Positions 38,256 through 50,770 of a DNA stretch of 64,000 nt are shown here, in pieces. The DNA lies in NCBI RefSeq assembly GCF_009914755.1, contig NC_060942.1; one strand, 5' to 3'. Positions within the stretch are counted from its first letter, which is position 1; every line of letters starts with the position of its first letter. The notes under the pieces were generated by a model. It ran no database searches. It was not told the origin of the DNA and saw only the letters and a program-made list of their open reading frames with translations. The stretch comes from the human T2T-CHM13v2.0 reference genome, Homo sapiens. Both the position numbers and the translations under genes were made by a program.

Positions 38256-41200
38256 CCAGGTGCTTTCCCTACTTGTTCCCACCCTAGCACATATGATGCT
38301 CTCTACATAAATGAGTTTTCAGCAGCCCCTATTTGTGGCTGGGAGAGCTCAATCTCAGCTCCTGAAATGAGAATGGCTTCCACTCCTTGTACTGGTGGGT
38401 GCTTCGGACCTGTTGCTGCATGGGAACCTGGACTCTTAATTGCTTCTGAGTGTTTCTGGATGGTAAACCTTCTCTAGATACACTCATTTCCATGTGGCTT
38501 TTTTCCTTCCTGTTTAAGGAAGGGGGGACATAGATGTGCACATTATACTTGAGCTTGGCTAGACTTTTCAATCATAGATTTATATCTGTTTTGGTGGCTG
38601 TTTTCATTTCGAGGCAGAGTAGACACCCTTTTCCTCCCACTAAGTAAACTAAGGTCCCTAGTCATTATGTAGGAAACAAATATAAGGAGACTCTGAATAA
38701 CAGAGAGAAGAAAGTAGATGCCCAGAGATGTTGGGAACCAAGGAATGACACAATGGTACATTCTATGGGTTTTCTTTTTGCCTCATATATACTAGACATG
38801 GAGCTGAAAAAGCTGACAACCCAGAAATGCCAGTTGGCACAGACAGAAAGCCCTCTCGCTATAGGACCAGGAGAAGAGCAACCTAACAAAACAGAAAACT
38901 TTACAATAACTTCTCTTCTCTAGCAAAAGATGACAAAAAAGAAAGAAAAGACATAAACCTACAAATTCCAGAAGCTGCATGAACCTCAAGCAGAATAAAC
39001 CCAAGTAAATTTACACCAAGACATAGCATCATCAAATTTCTAAAAACTAAAGATAAAAAAATATTGAAAGCAACAAAAAAGAAGTGGACCTTACCTAGAG
39101 GAAAGAAACAATTTTGATGACTTTGGATTTTTTTTTTTATGAGAACCCATAGAATGTTTTTCAAGTGCTGAAAGGAAAGAACTGTCAACCCAGAATCATA
39201 TATTCAGTGAAAATATTCTTTAGAAATAAAAAGGAAATCTAAACAGTGTCAGATGAATGAAAACTAAAATAATTTGTCTCCAGCAGACCTACTCAAAAAG
39301 AATGGCTAAAGGAGTTCTCTTAAGAGGAAGGAAATAATAAAAGGGAATCTTGGACCATCATAAAACAAAGAAGAACAAGGTAAGCAAAAATATTGGTAAA
39401 TATAATAGAATTTTTTCTCCTCTTGACTTTTCTAAATCATGTTTAATGGTTGAAACAAGAATTAAATCACTTTCTGATAAAGTTCTAAATATATGAACAG
39501 GATATATTAAAGATAATTATGAGGGGAAGTAAGGAATGTAAAAGGAGGTAAGGTTTTTATATTTGATTTGAACTGGTAAAATGATGAAACCAATAGACAG
39601 TGTTACACTAAGAAGGATTACAGATAAAATCAAATTCTAAAAAATGTTCAAGTAATCCACAGGAAGGCATGAAAAAGAACAGAGAGAAACAAAAAAACAG
39701 CAAGAACAAGCAGGAAAAAAAAAGTCATTCATGAGACCTAACATATCAATGATTACATTAAATGTAAATTGTCTAAATACATCAATTAAAAGACAGAGAT
39801 TGGCAGAATAAATTAGAAAGCACGACATAACTATAAACGTTCAACAAGAAACTTACTTTAAATATAACAATACAGCAAAATTGAAAGGATAGAAAAAGAT
39901 ACATCATGCAAACACTAATCAAAGGAAAGCAGTAGTGGGTACATGAGTATGATAAGAAAAGTATCAAATCAATAATATAAGCTCCCACCTCAAGAATCTA
40001 GAAAAAAGGTAAAATAAATGCAAAGCAAGCAGCAGGAAGGAAATAAGAGCAGAAGTCAATAAAATTGAAAACAGAAAAACAATACAGAAATATCAATGAA
40101 ACAAAAAGCTGTTTTTTTGAATAGACCAATCAAATTGACAAACCTCTAGCAAGGCTGGCAAAGAAAAAAAAAAGAAAAAACAAAAGTTACTGATACTAGG
40201 AATGAAAATAGGGTCTTACAAACCTCACAGGCATTTCAAAATGATAAGGGAATTCTGGGAACAATTATACATCCATAAAAATGGCAACTTAGATGAAATG
40301 AACTAATTCTTTGAAAAACAGAAACTGTCACAACACATCTAATATAAAAATGAATACAAGGAATAGCTCTATATCTATTAAGGAAATTTAATTCATAGTT
40401 TAAAATTTGTCATAAATTAAATCTCCAAGCCCAGATGGTTTCACTGGAGATTTCCACCAAATGCTTAAAGAATTATTTTCACATTTACACAATCTATTAT
40501 AGAAAATGAAAGAGAAGGGGAACATTTTCTAATATTTTATGAAGTGATTATTACTTTGATGCCAACACTAGACAGTACAAAAAAAGAAAACTATAAGCCA
40601 GTGTCCTTCATGAATATAGATGTGAGAATTCTTTACAAAAAAATTAGCAAATAAAATTCATCAATGTATGGAAAATTATACACCCTGACCAAATAGGGTT
40701 TGTTTCAGGGATATAAACTGGCTCAATATTCAAAAATCAATTAACATAATTAATTATTTTAACAGGCTAAAGAAATCACATACTCATATCAATCAATACA
40801 GAAAAATCACTTAACAAAATTCAACATCCATTCAAGTTAAAAAAAAAAAAACCTCAGAGAAACAGAAATAGATGGCAACTTTTCAACTTGACAAAGGGCA
40901 TCTGCACAAATCCTCCAGCTAACATTGTATTTAGTAGTGAAACACTGAATGCTTTTTCCCTAAGATTGGAAAAAAAGCAAAGATGTCTGTTCTCATTACT
41001 CTTATTCGACATTGTGCTGGAAATTTGAGCCAGTGTAATAAGGCAAGAAAATAAAATACACGGCATATAGATCAGAATGAGAACGTACAATTCTCCCTAT
41101 TAGATAACATGGTGGTCTGTACAGACAATCCCAAGGAATCTTTCAAAAAACTCCTAGAACTAATAAATGAGTTAAGCAAGGTGGCAATATGCAAGATAAA

Positions 41201-42051
41201 CATATAAAAACTTCTATATACTGGCAATGAACACATTGAAACTGACATTAAAAATACAACTACCATTTCCAACCACCCCCAAAAATGAAATACTTAAGTG
41301 TAAATCTAACAAAACATATATAGGATGCATACCCAAAATATTGATGAAAGAATCAAAGAATATTTAAATAAATGAAGGGTTATACTAAGATCATGAATTG
41401 GCAGATTCAGCATTTTGAATATATTGTTTCTCCCTAAATATTAATAGACATAAAGGTTTAACACAATTCCTTTCAAAATTCCAGCAAGGTTTTTTGTAGA
41501 CATATACAAGATTATTGTAAAATTATATTGAAATGCAAGGGAACTAAATTAGCTAAAATAATTTTCAAAAAGGAGGTTAAAATGGGAGCAGTCTATTGAA
41601 TTTCAGACTTATTATGTAACTGCAGTAATCAAGGCTGCATGGCATTGGTAGAAGGCTAGCTGTGTAGATCAGTGCAAAAGAATAGATAACCCAGATATAT
41701 ACCTCACACAAATACAGACAACTTACTTTTGAAAAAGGTGCGAAAGCAATTTAATGGAAGAAAGACAGCCTTTTTTTTTTTTTATATCTAATGGTGCTGG
41801 AGTAATTTGACATTCCTATGTCCAAAACAAAACAAAAACAAATCCTGCAACCTGAACCTCATATCCTATACAAAAATTAATACAAAATGGATACAAGATG
41901 GTAAAATGTAAAACTGTTAAAGTTTTAGAGAAAACATAGAGAACATTTTCTAACCTAGGGCCATCTAAAGAGTTCTTAGATTCTAGACCAAAAGTATGAG
42001 CCACAAAAGAAAAATTTGATAAATTGGATTTCATAAAAATAAAAAACTTCT

Positions 42052-42366
42052 GGCTGGATGCGGTGGCTCACGCCTGTAATCCCAGCACTTTGGGAGGCCG
42101 AGGTGGGCAGATCACAAGGTCAGGAGATCGAGACCATCGTGGCTAACACGGTGAAACCCCATCTCTACTAAAAATACAAAAAATTAGCCAGGTGTGGTGG
42201 TGGGCGCCTGTAGTCCCAGCTACTTGGGAGGCTTAGGCAGGAGAATGGCGTGAACCCGGGAGGCAGAGCTTGCAGTGAGCCGAGGTCGCGCCACTGCACT
42301 CCAGAGCGACAGAGCGAGACTCCATCTCAAAAAATAAAATAAAATAAAATAAAAATAAATAAAAAA
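42052..42366 (+). mobile_element. AluY
   Basis: Y diagnostics aggtcaggagatcgagaccatc, ggctaacacggtg, gaatggcgtgaacccgggagg..gagcttgcagtg; (TAAAA)n tail; TSD aaataaaaaacttct. Confidence 0.95.
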
Positions 42367-42906
42367 CTTCTGCTCCATGATAGACCTTGTCAGGAGGATG
42401 ACAAGATAATTTACAGAAATTGAGAATGTATTTGCAAACTACATATCTGAAAATGATTAGTATCTAGAATATATAAGAAGTTTTCAAAATCTAACAGTAA
42501 AAGAGCAAACAATCCAATTAGAGAATTCACATAAGACGTAGAGAGACATTTCATCTAAGAGGACATACAGATGGCAAATAAGCACATAAAAATATGCTCA
42601 ATATCATTAGCCATTAGGGGAATGCAAATTAAAATTGCAATGAGATATTATACATCTATCAGAATGGCTAAAATAAAAAATAATGACAACACCAAGGCCT
42701 GGTGAGAATGAGGAGAAACTGGGTCACTCAAACCTCTCTTGTGAAATGTAAAATGGTATAGCCATTTTGTAAAACAGTTTGACGGTTTCTTAAAAAACTA
42801 ACCCTGCAACTACCATATGACCCAATAATTTCACTCCCAGGCATTTTTTCCAGATAAATAAAATCATATGCCCACAAAAAAACCTATGTATGACTATATA
42901 CAAAAG

Positions 42907-43236
42907 TTTTGTTGTTTATTTATTTTTATTTATTTATTTTTTTGAGACAGAGTTTCCCACTGTCACCCAGGCTGGAGTACAGTGGTGTGATCTCAGCTGA
43001 CTGCAACCTCTGCTTCTCAGGTTCAAGCAATACTCATGCCTCAGCCTCTCCAGCAGCAGGGATTACAGGTGCACGCCACTATGCCTGGCTAATTTTTGTA
43101 TTTTTGTATTTTTTTTAGTAGAGATGGGGTTTCACCATGTTGGCCAGGCTGGCCTCAAACTCCTGACCTCAAGTGATTCACCTGCCTTGCCCTCCTAAAG
43201 TGCTGGGATTACAGGTGTGAGTCACCATGCCCAGAC
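42907..43236 (-). mobile_element. AluS
   Basis: Full antisense dimer inside the L1. Confidence 0.95.
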
Positions 43237-44489
43237 AGCAGTTTCATTTGTAATAGGCCTAAGCTAGAAACAACCTAGATGTCCTTCATCAGTGAATGGT
43301 TAGGCAAATTCTGGTACACTCATGCTGTGGAACTCTACTCTGCTAATAGGAAGGAGTGGATTATCAATGTGTGTAATACCTTGGATAGATCTTCAGGGAT
43401 TTATGCTGTGTGGAAAAGAGCGCATTTGTATAACATCATTGAAATGACAAACTATTGAAATAGAGAACAGATTAGTGGTTTGCAGAGGCTAAAGATGGAG
43501 TGGCAGCAGGAGGAATGATGAGAAGGAGAGAGGGGCGATCCTGTGTGGCTGTATTGTTCGGTATCTTGCCTGTCTCTGGGTCAACATCCTGGGGTGTTGT
43601 TGTACTGTAGTTTTGAAAGATGTTGCCACAGAGGAACCGGTAAAGGGTAGATGGGATCCCTTTCTATTATTTCTTACAACTGCAAGGGAATCTCAAAATG
43701 AAAAGTTTAAAGACATTTTATTTATACTGGGGGATTTAGAGCAGAATGAAGAGATCAAGGTGTGAGTTTACAAGGTCACGTGACTAGAAGCAAACAAACA
43801 TATTGGTAAAATATTATAGTAAATCAAATTATTGCCTTGAAAATGTGTATAACACGAGGACCAGCCTATCAGTGGTAGAAGGAAGATGCTTGACCTCTAA
43901 GTGAATTATTGCTAAATTATCTGCTGTTGGCTAAGTGACATCTATGAAACAATTATGGAACAAAAGTCTAGAAATATTTGATTAACAATCACAGTCTTTC
44001 CTATATAACTTATAAAAGTTGTGAGATAAAAGAATGAAATAAAAAAATGAGTTGAGCCATCTGAGACTTTTTCTTTAAAGAACCTAGGCTCTTTAATGGT
44101 GGGATTCCACTTTCCAGTTAGGCAAATGACATGCTGACTTGTCTCAATAAGTATTTTTTCTACTGGACAGTGATTTTCAGGTTGGCCTACTCACCATCTC
44201 CAGGCGTCTCCCTGTGAAATTCAGCACACCAACAAAATCTCCCTTCTTTCTTCTCCTCTTTCTATTTTTAATGCAAAGAATATTATATTTTATAATGAAC
44301 CCAAGAAGGCTGTAAAACAGATTAAAATCTGTTTCATGTTAATTCCAATGCTTAGCACTGCTTCTCTTCAGCTATATTTCCTATTACAATCAGAATTTAA
44401 ATATTCTAATCAATTTGTTGTAGAAACTCCTATGGCTCCCTGGGCCATTTGCAGGAAAAACCTCATCAGTTTTTCCTTTTATTTCTCCT

Positions 44490-44592
44490 CTGCCTCCTGG
44501 TTTTTCCCCTTCTACTTCTTCATCTTCTTCTTTCTCTCCTTCTCCCCCTCTTTCCCTTCCCTTCTCTTCCTCCTCCTCCTCTTTCTTTTTTC
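44490..44592. repeat. Polypyrimidine low-complexity tract
   Basis: ttcttctttctctccttctccccctctttcccttcccttctcttcctcctcctcct. Confidence 0.85.
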
Positions 44593-45589
44593 TGTAGATG
44601 GAGAATTCATTGTGCTTGGGGTGACTGATTGAATTTTACCTGAGCTAAATTATAGCTGCACATTCTAGTAATTGCAGGGGGCCACACAGAGAAACAAAGC
44701 GTTGACTGCTGTTGTACTGGGATTTCCCAGATGTATAATTTCAAATTGATATGGAAAAAAGCCTTGCAATGCATTAATAATAGCGTAAAATGTAACTTAG
44801 TTGGCCAAGGGTGAGCAGAGGCTTTATTTTCTTAGCTACAAAACAAGCTATAGACCTCAGGTGACTAGCATTTATTGTTAGAATGGGTTTTCTATTGCAT
44901 ACCTTCTGAAACACAAAATAGGAAAAGATTTATACCAAATCCTGCGCTCATTCATGGCACCCTGCACTGCATACCCAGAGAGCATATGTGAAATGTAAAA
45001 GCTCTGGGTTGTGGTTATTTTTTCCCTTTTTACTCAGTAGTTCAAAAAGCAGAGGTTTTTCTGTAATTCAAAAGCACCCATCCACATCTCGAGGAAGGAA
45101 CAGGTCACCCAGGCTATTTCTTTTATACAGTGTCATTATTCTCTACCTAGCACCTGACAAATATCACTCTTGTGACGTCAAAAAAAAAAAAAAAAAAAGG
45201 AAAGGAAAGAAGAAAAAAAGAAATCAGAGGGAAGTTATATAGTTTCCTTAATATCTGACGGCCCTGGGCCATGAAAGCTTTCTTTATTTTAGAATATTGG
45301 CACATGTGTGTGCCGGGCCATGTACTTACAGGACAAAGAGAAGGCAAGTGTGTGTTTCTAAATCAAGCCCAAGTTACAGGAATGAAGAAATTTTGCACAA
45401 TTATGTACTAGACCCAAACTCAAAGGGTATTTTTTAAAGTGTGGCAGAAAATGTATTTTGGTGTCATCTGTGTCTTTTTACCAACACATGGACTACTTGG
45501 GCTGTCCAGGTGGAAGTCACCAGAGAGTCTGACAGAATGAGCTGTCGGTTGAAGCCAACAGCTGGTTACCATCACAGTATTTAGGTAGT

Positions 45590-45780
45590 GTTTCATGAAA
45601 ATCATTTCTTTGGCTCTTCCCAACAACTGGGGAGTAGCTTTATTTTTCCTGCTTCATGGTAGATGAACCTGAGATGCTGAGAGGTTGAAATTCTAAGAAG
45701 GTGCAGAGGCTGGAGGAAGCGCTGGGTGTGTCTGATTCTAGAGACGGGTCCTCTACCTTCATGATGCTTGCATCTGAATG
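45590..45780 (-). mobile_element. MIR fragment
   Basis: cttcccaacaactggggagtagc...tagatgaacctgagatgctgagaggttgaaa. Confidence 0.5.
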
Positions 45781-47000
45781 GCTCCATCCAATGGCTGGGC
45801 CAGCTCTGTGGTTTGCTTCTGTTGATCAGGTGCTGGGAGACAGTGCAGGCCCCTCCTCACCATGACAATGGCGTGGCCTTGTGTTCAGGAACCTCCCCAC
45901 CCTGGTTATCTGCCCTTAGATGAGACGTGCAAAAAGGCAGCAGGGATCCCCAAGGGCACTTCTCTGTTCAACGTTGGGCCACGCTTTTCTCCCGTGGTTT
46001 GCACAAGCTCAGGACTTCTTGTAGGGTGGAATGCCAGAGGGTGCTCTGCAAAGAAGGGGCTCAGTGTTCTTCCTGTCTCCCAGGAAAGCTGGTGTGGGCA
46101 TTTATTTTTATCAAGCTTCACATCCTAGGGAATGGTGCTGACTTTTCCTTGGAGATGAAATGTAGTAACAGGGGTTGGGGAGCCACTCGGACCCTAGCGT
46201 GCCTTCCTGATGTGCTATGTGGGGGCCTGGGAGTGGGCCAGCCAGCTGGGGGAGGCACTTCTGTTCCTCTTGGCTGTGTAACCCTGTCTGGGATGGGGAT
46301 GGATGTCCACCTCCCAGGGCTCCTTGAAGACAGGACCGCGGCAGTCTCCTCCCAGCATCCAGTGCCGTCTGCCCCACACACTCTCTAGTGACCTCATTTA
46401 ACCAATTCTCTTCCCTGGTTCCACGGCCGTCATCTGAACGTGACCTCTCTCAAGACACAGGGCGAGGACCACGTCTCTGCTGAATCCCAGCCCAGAGGAG
46501 CTTCTGGCAGACAGCTGACATGCGGCAGGTATTGGAGAGAATGGGCGCAATCCTTTGCCACCCTGAAAACATGGCTGCCAGCACTCTTCTTATGCACTTG
46601 GTCTTTCTAACTCTTAGTTCCTTTATTTAGATTCTACCTTAGAGCTGTTTGAGGGATTACATACATATTTGAAACAATTGATGGTTAGCAAGTGCTCAGT
46701 AAATACTAGTTCCCACCCCACCTGAGACTGTGCAAGTGGGTGCCGCGGGGGACGCTGCTGTGCCTCAAGGAGACAGTGACAGCTCTTCGCCATGGCTGTT
46801 GGAGGGCATTTGGGATCTCACCTCTTGGGATCAGGAAAACAGGATCTCTACACCACTACCTCCAAGATCCCTCTTCATTAACTGTTCCAAACCCAGCTCA
46901 AAGGTCAACACAGAACTTGTGCAAATGTCACCCATGTAACATTTTCCTGATCACACAGGTTAACCGATTAGCAATAACCCGATTCTACTGGACAGGGTAG

Positions 47001-47360
<360 letters not shown>

Positions 47361-47648
47361 TAATAATAATATTGTTGTTATTAAATTGCTTTAATAACAA
47401 TATTATTATTAAATTGTTTTAATAATAAAATTGAGATGTTCTTCTCCCTTTCTCTCACAAATGAATTCTAGAGGTAACATGATGTGTGCTATGACAACAG
47501 GCCAAATGCGGAAGGAGAGACTGATGATCCGCTGTCTTCTCTGAAGCCAGGCTTTAAAAAGACCTGCACAAAGCTGAAGCAATGCCACTCTTCTCACTGT
47601 TTGTTTTTATTTTGGAAAAACAGTTATTTTGAATTAAAAACAAGGTAA

Positions 47649-48002
<354 letters not shown>

Positions 48003-48719
48003 TATCAGTAGTTATAACCAGACAAACTGAAGCTCCATAGTTAGATGTAAAAGACTGCTGAGACCCAAATGCTTGAGACCCACTGTGGTAGAAGATTCCA
48101 GAAAAATTTCTTGGGGGCCACCTGATACTCACAGTCATTGCCTCTCTCACTCCCTCCTGCTGAGGTGACATTTGTGTCATTATTCACCACAGATGCTCCT
48201 GACGCCAAAATTACCACAGCCCCAGGCCAGGGGAGCAGAGACCACCCTGCCTTTCAGGCCCCAGGAGCCTCACCCTCCCATGTCCTGGAGGTTACGGGGT
48301 GTACAGTGTGGCCAGGGTGACATCCTGTTTCAGCCTCTTCAAGGAGTAGCTGCTAACATGGCCTCTCACCCTGCCAGCACCCTGCAGAGGGTCTGCCCAC
48401 AGCTGGCGCCCTTCATGACCACGGGCCCAGCAGCCCCAGGCTCCTGCAGTCATGCCAATGGTGCAGGTGCTGGGCAGGGGCTCCTGTGAGGGACGTCCCT
48501 GTCACAACAATCTCCTTGGAGCTTCTCCTCCTCCCACTCGCCTCCCTGATGCCATCGACCTCAGGCCACATTCCCACATTTCCCTCTCCCGTGGTTCCAG
48601 GAGGCTCTGCCACATCTCCAGGCGATGGATTCTGCCCTGGGATTCCCGCCAGCTCCTGAGATGTGTGACTCCCAGGTGAGGAGGTGAGACAAAAGCGGAC
48701 CCACCACTGGAATGTCGAC

Positions 48720-49055
48720 TGTGTGCATTGTGTAATTGTGTGTGCACTCACACATGTGTACTCACGTATACTTGTGTGTGCATGTGTGTTGTGTGTTCAT
48801 GTATGCACTTGCACATGTGTATCTGTGTGTGCTGTGTGCTCATGTGTGTACCCATATGTGTGCACTCATTTCTGTGCATGTATGTTGTTTACTTGTGTGT
48901 GTGTATGTGTTGTGTAATTGTGTGTGCACTTGTATATATGCACTTGTGTGTGTGTTGTCGTGTGTGCAGTCTTGCACGTGTACTCACGTGTGTAATGTCC
49001 TTGCATGCACTCATGTGTTATGTGCTCGAGTGTGTGTATGAGCACTCATGTGCAC
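48720..49055. repeat. Degenerate (TG)/(CATG)-rich simple repeat
   Basis: tgtgtgcattgtgtaattgtgtgtgcactcacacatgtgtactcacg... Confidence 0.9.
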
Positions 49056-50459
49056 CTTTCCCTGTGACCCCGTGTCCTCTCCCACTGCCCACTCACTGCA
49101 CTGATGGCAGGGAGGGCCTTGCTCTGAAGGCACCGGAGTCTTCATGGATGGCCACAGAGGTGGCATTAAGTGGGCTGTGGGTCTACACGTTCCGGACGTG
49201 TTGCTCCATCCAGTTGTGAAGTGTGTGGAGCGTGCACAGCTTTATCCTTTTGTGCTATTTATCCTCCTCTGAGCTCATGCTCTTTTCTCAAGACCTTCCA
49301 AGAAAATACGTGTTACCTACTATTTGCACCCATGTAAGGTTATGTTTTGTATTATAAATATTTATTTAATTAAGAAATGAAATAAAAGGCTCTATTTTCT
49401 CAAAAAAAAAAAAAAAAAGAACAATGGGTTTTGAAGCATGGGTGTGACTTGTTACACAGGGGAGAGGGATGCCTTTTCGTCATTTTACTGTAATTTGTAG
49501 TGACTTACCCGCGCACAGATGACTGAGCTAGAGCACTTGGGTTTTATCCTTCCTGTCCTTCACCCCCAAATAAAAAGAAGACTGTATCTGAGAATAACAA
49601 TAAAGATCTTCATTTTGTGGAGAAGGGGTTGCAAAATACAGCTTTCTCTAGGAGATGCACCCGCAACTTGGAGCTATCAAACCAGAAATGGCCAATTAAA
49701 GTCTTCTCCCTGCCCCCTTCCTGGCGTCCTGCTTCTGCGGCCTGTCCCCTGGGGGGTGCCTGCCCATCCTGAGTCTGGCAGCCTGGTGTCCGCTGACCCG
49801 GGAGCACCCTTCAATCTCTACTTTCTGTGATTCTAAGCCTGAGTTCATTATCTAGGAAAGCACATTAAAAATAATGGCGAGAAAAGCACTTCAACACCTC
49901 TCACAAATTATAGCAGTCGGATGCAATTTGGATTAGATAAAATATATATGTATTTTACGGAACAAACATGCAGACAATAAAATTTTGTTTAATGGTAACC
50001 ATATTATTCAGTGACTCAGTAATGGAATTCAAAACTTTATTATTGAATATTCCTTTTGAGGTCACATAACTGAACCAATGTCTTTCCCCAGTTGTGTTTA
50101 GAGCTATTCCCCTTTACCCCTGATCATCGATTCGGGTGATTTTAGAGGGTCACTTGCCAGCACGGACGGGCATCAGGACATTGAACTAGAGGGAATATGT
50201 GCTCTCCAGACTGAACTCCTCTGGCCGTGCCCTGGGGCCGGGCCAGGCCTGGGAATGGCTTGGGGGCTGAGGGTGCTCTAGTTGCCCTCTCTGATGGGAC
50301 AGTCCCCAGCAGGGTTGCTGGTGCATAAACAGTGAGGGCTGGAGGCCCCAGACAGCTGGAGGGTTGAGTGTCTGCTTCATTCAGGTGCAAGTCACAGGAC
50401 ATCTGGATGCAGCCTGACTCCAAGCTTGGAGGCAGATTCTTTTTGCCCTGAATCCTGCC

Positions 50460-50770
50460 AGCCAGACGTCTAGCCATTGCACATCCCAGTAAGGGTCTTG
50501 TGTCCTTTTTCAGAATGAGAAAAACTTTCCCCGAACTCTCCTTTCTCCTCCAGGTCTTATTGGCCAGAATTATGCTGCAGGTCCAGACCTACGCCAGTCA
50601 CTCAGCTTTGGATAATTACAATCCCCCTTTGGGATGGGGAATGTTACTCACCCCTGAAGGATGGGGCCACTGGCAGGAGAGAGGACAAAATTCTTCTGTT
50701 AGGAAGGAAAAAGGGTGGGGGCCGAGGGGCACAGGGATGGCTAATGAGTGGGTGACCTAAAGCGTCTGTC
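50460..50770 (-). mobile_element. Old MLT1 (K/L-like) LTR fragment
   Basis: aaactttccccgaactc...gtcttattggccagaatt...ttctgttaggaaggaaaa. Confidence 0.45.

Larger units (their letters stand above)
38660..43712 (+). mobile_element. Long ancient L1 (L1MC/L1MD-like): 5'-end-like segment, degraded ORF1 and ORF2, 3'UTR; two Alu insertions
   Basis: ORF1-like: aatttacaccaagacatagcatcatcaaat, gtgctgaaaggaaagaactgtcaacccagaat. ORF2 start: attacattaaatgtaaattgtctaaatac. RT region: ccagatggtttcactggaga, tttagataacatggtggtctgt. 3' end: tattatttcttacaactgc...aaaatgaaaagtttaaa. No long ORF survives. Confidence 0.9.

Noticed and set aside
45180-45225. Poly(A)/purine tract as a processed pseudogene tail
   Set aside because: No upstream AATAAA at the right distance and no TSD seen.
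48684-49219. Cys/Val-rich ORFs (metallothionein- or keratin-associated-like)
   Set aside because: Translation of a degenerate TG repeat; the same applies to 11631 and 26254.
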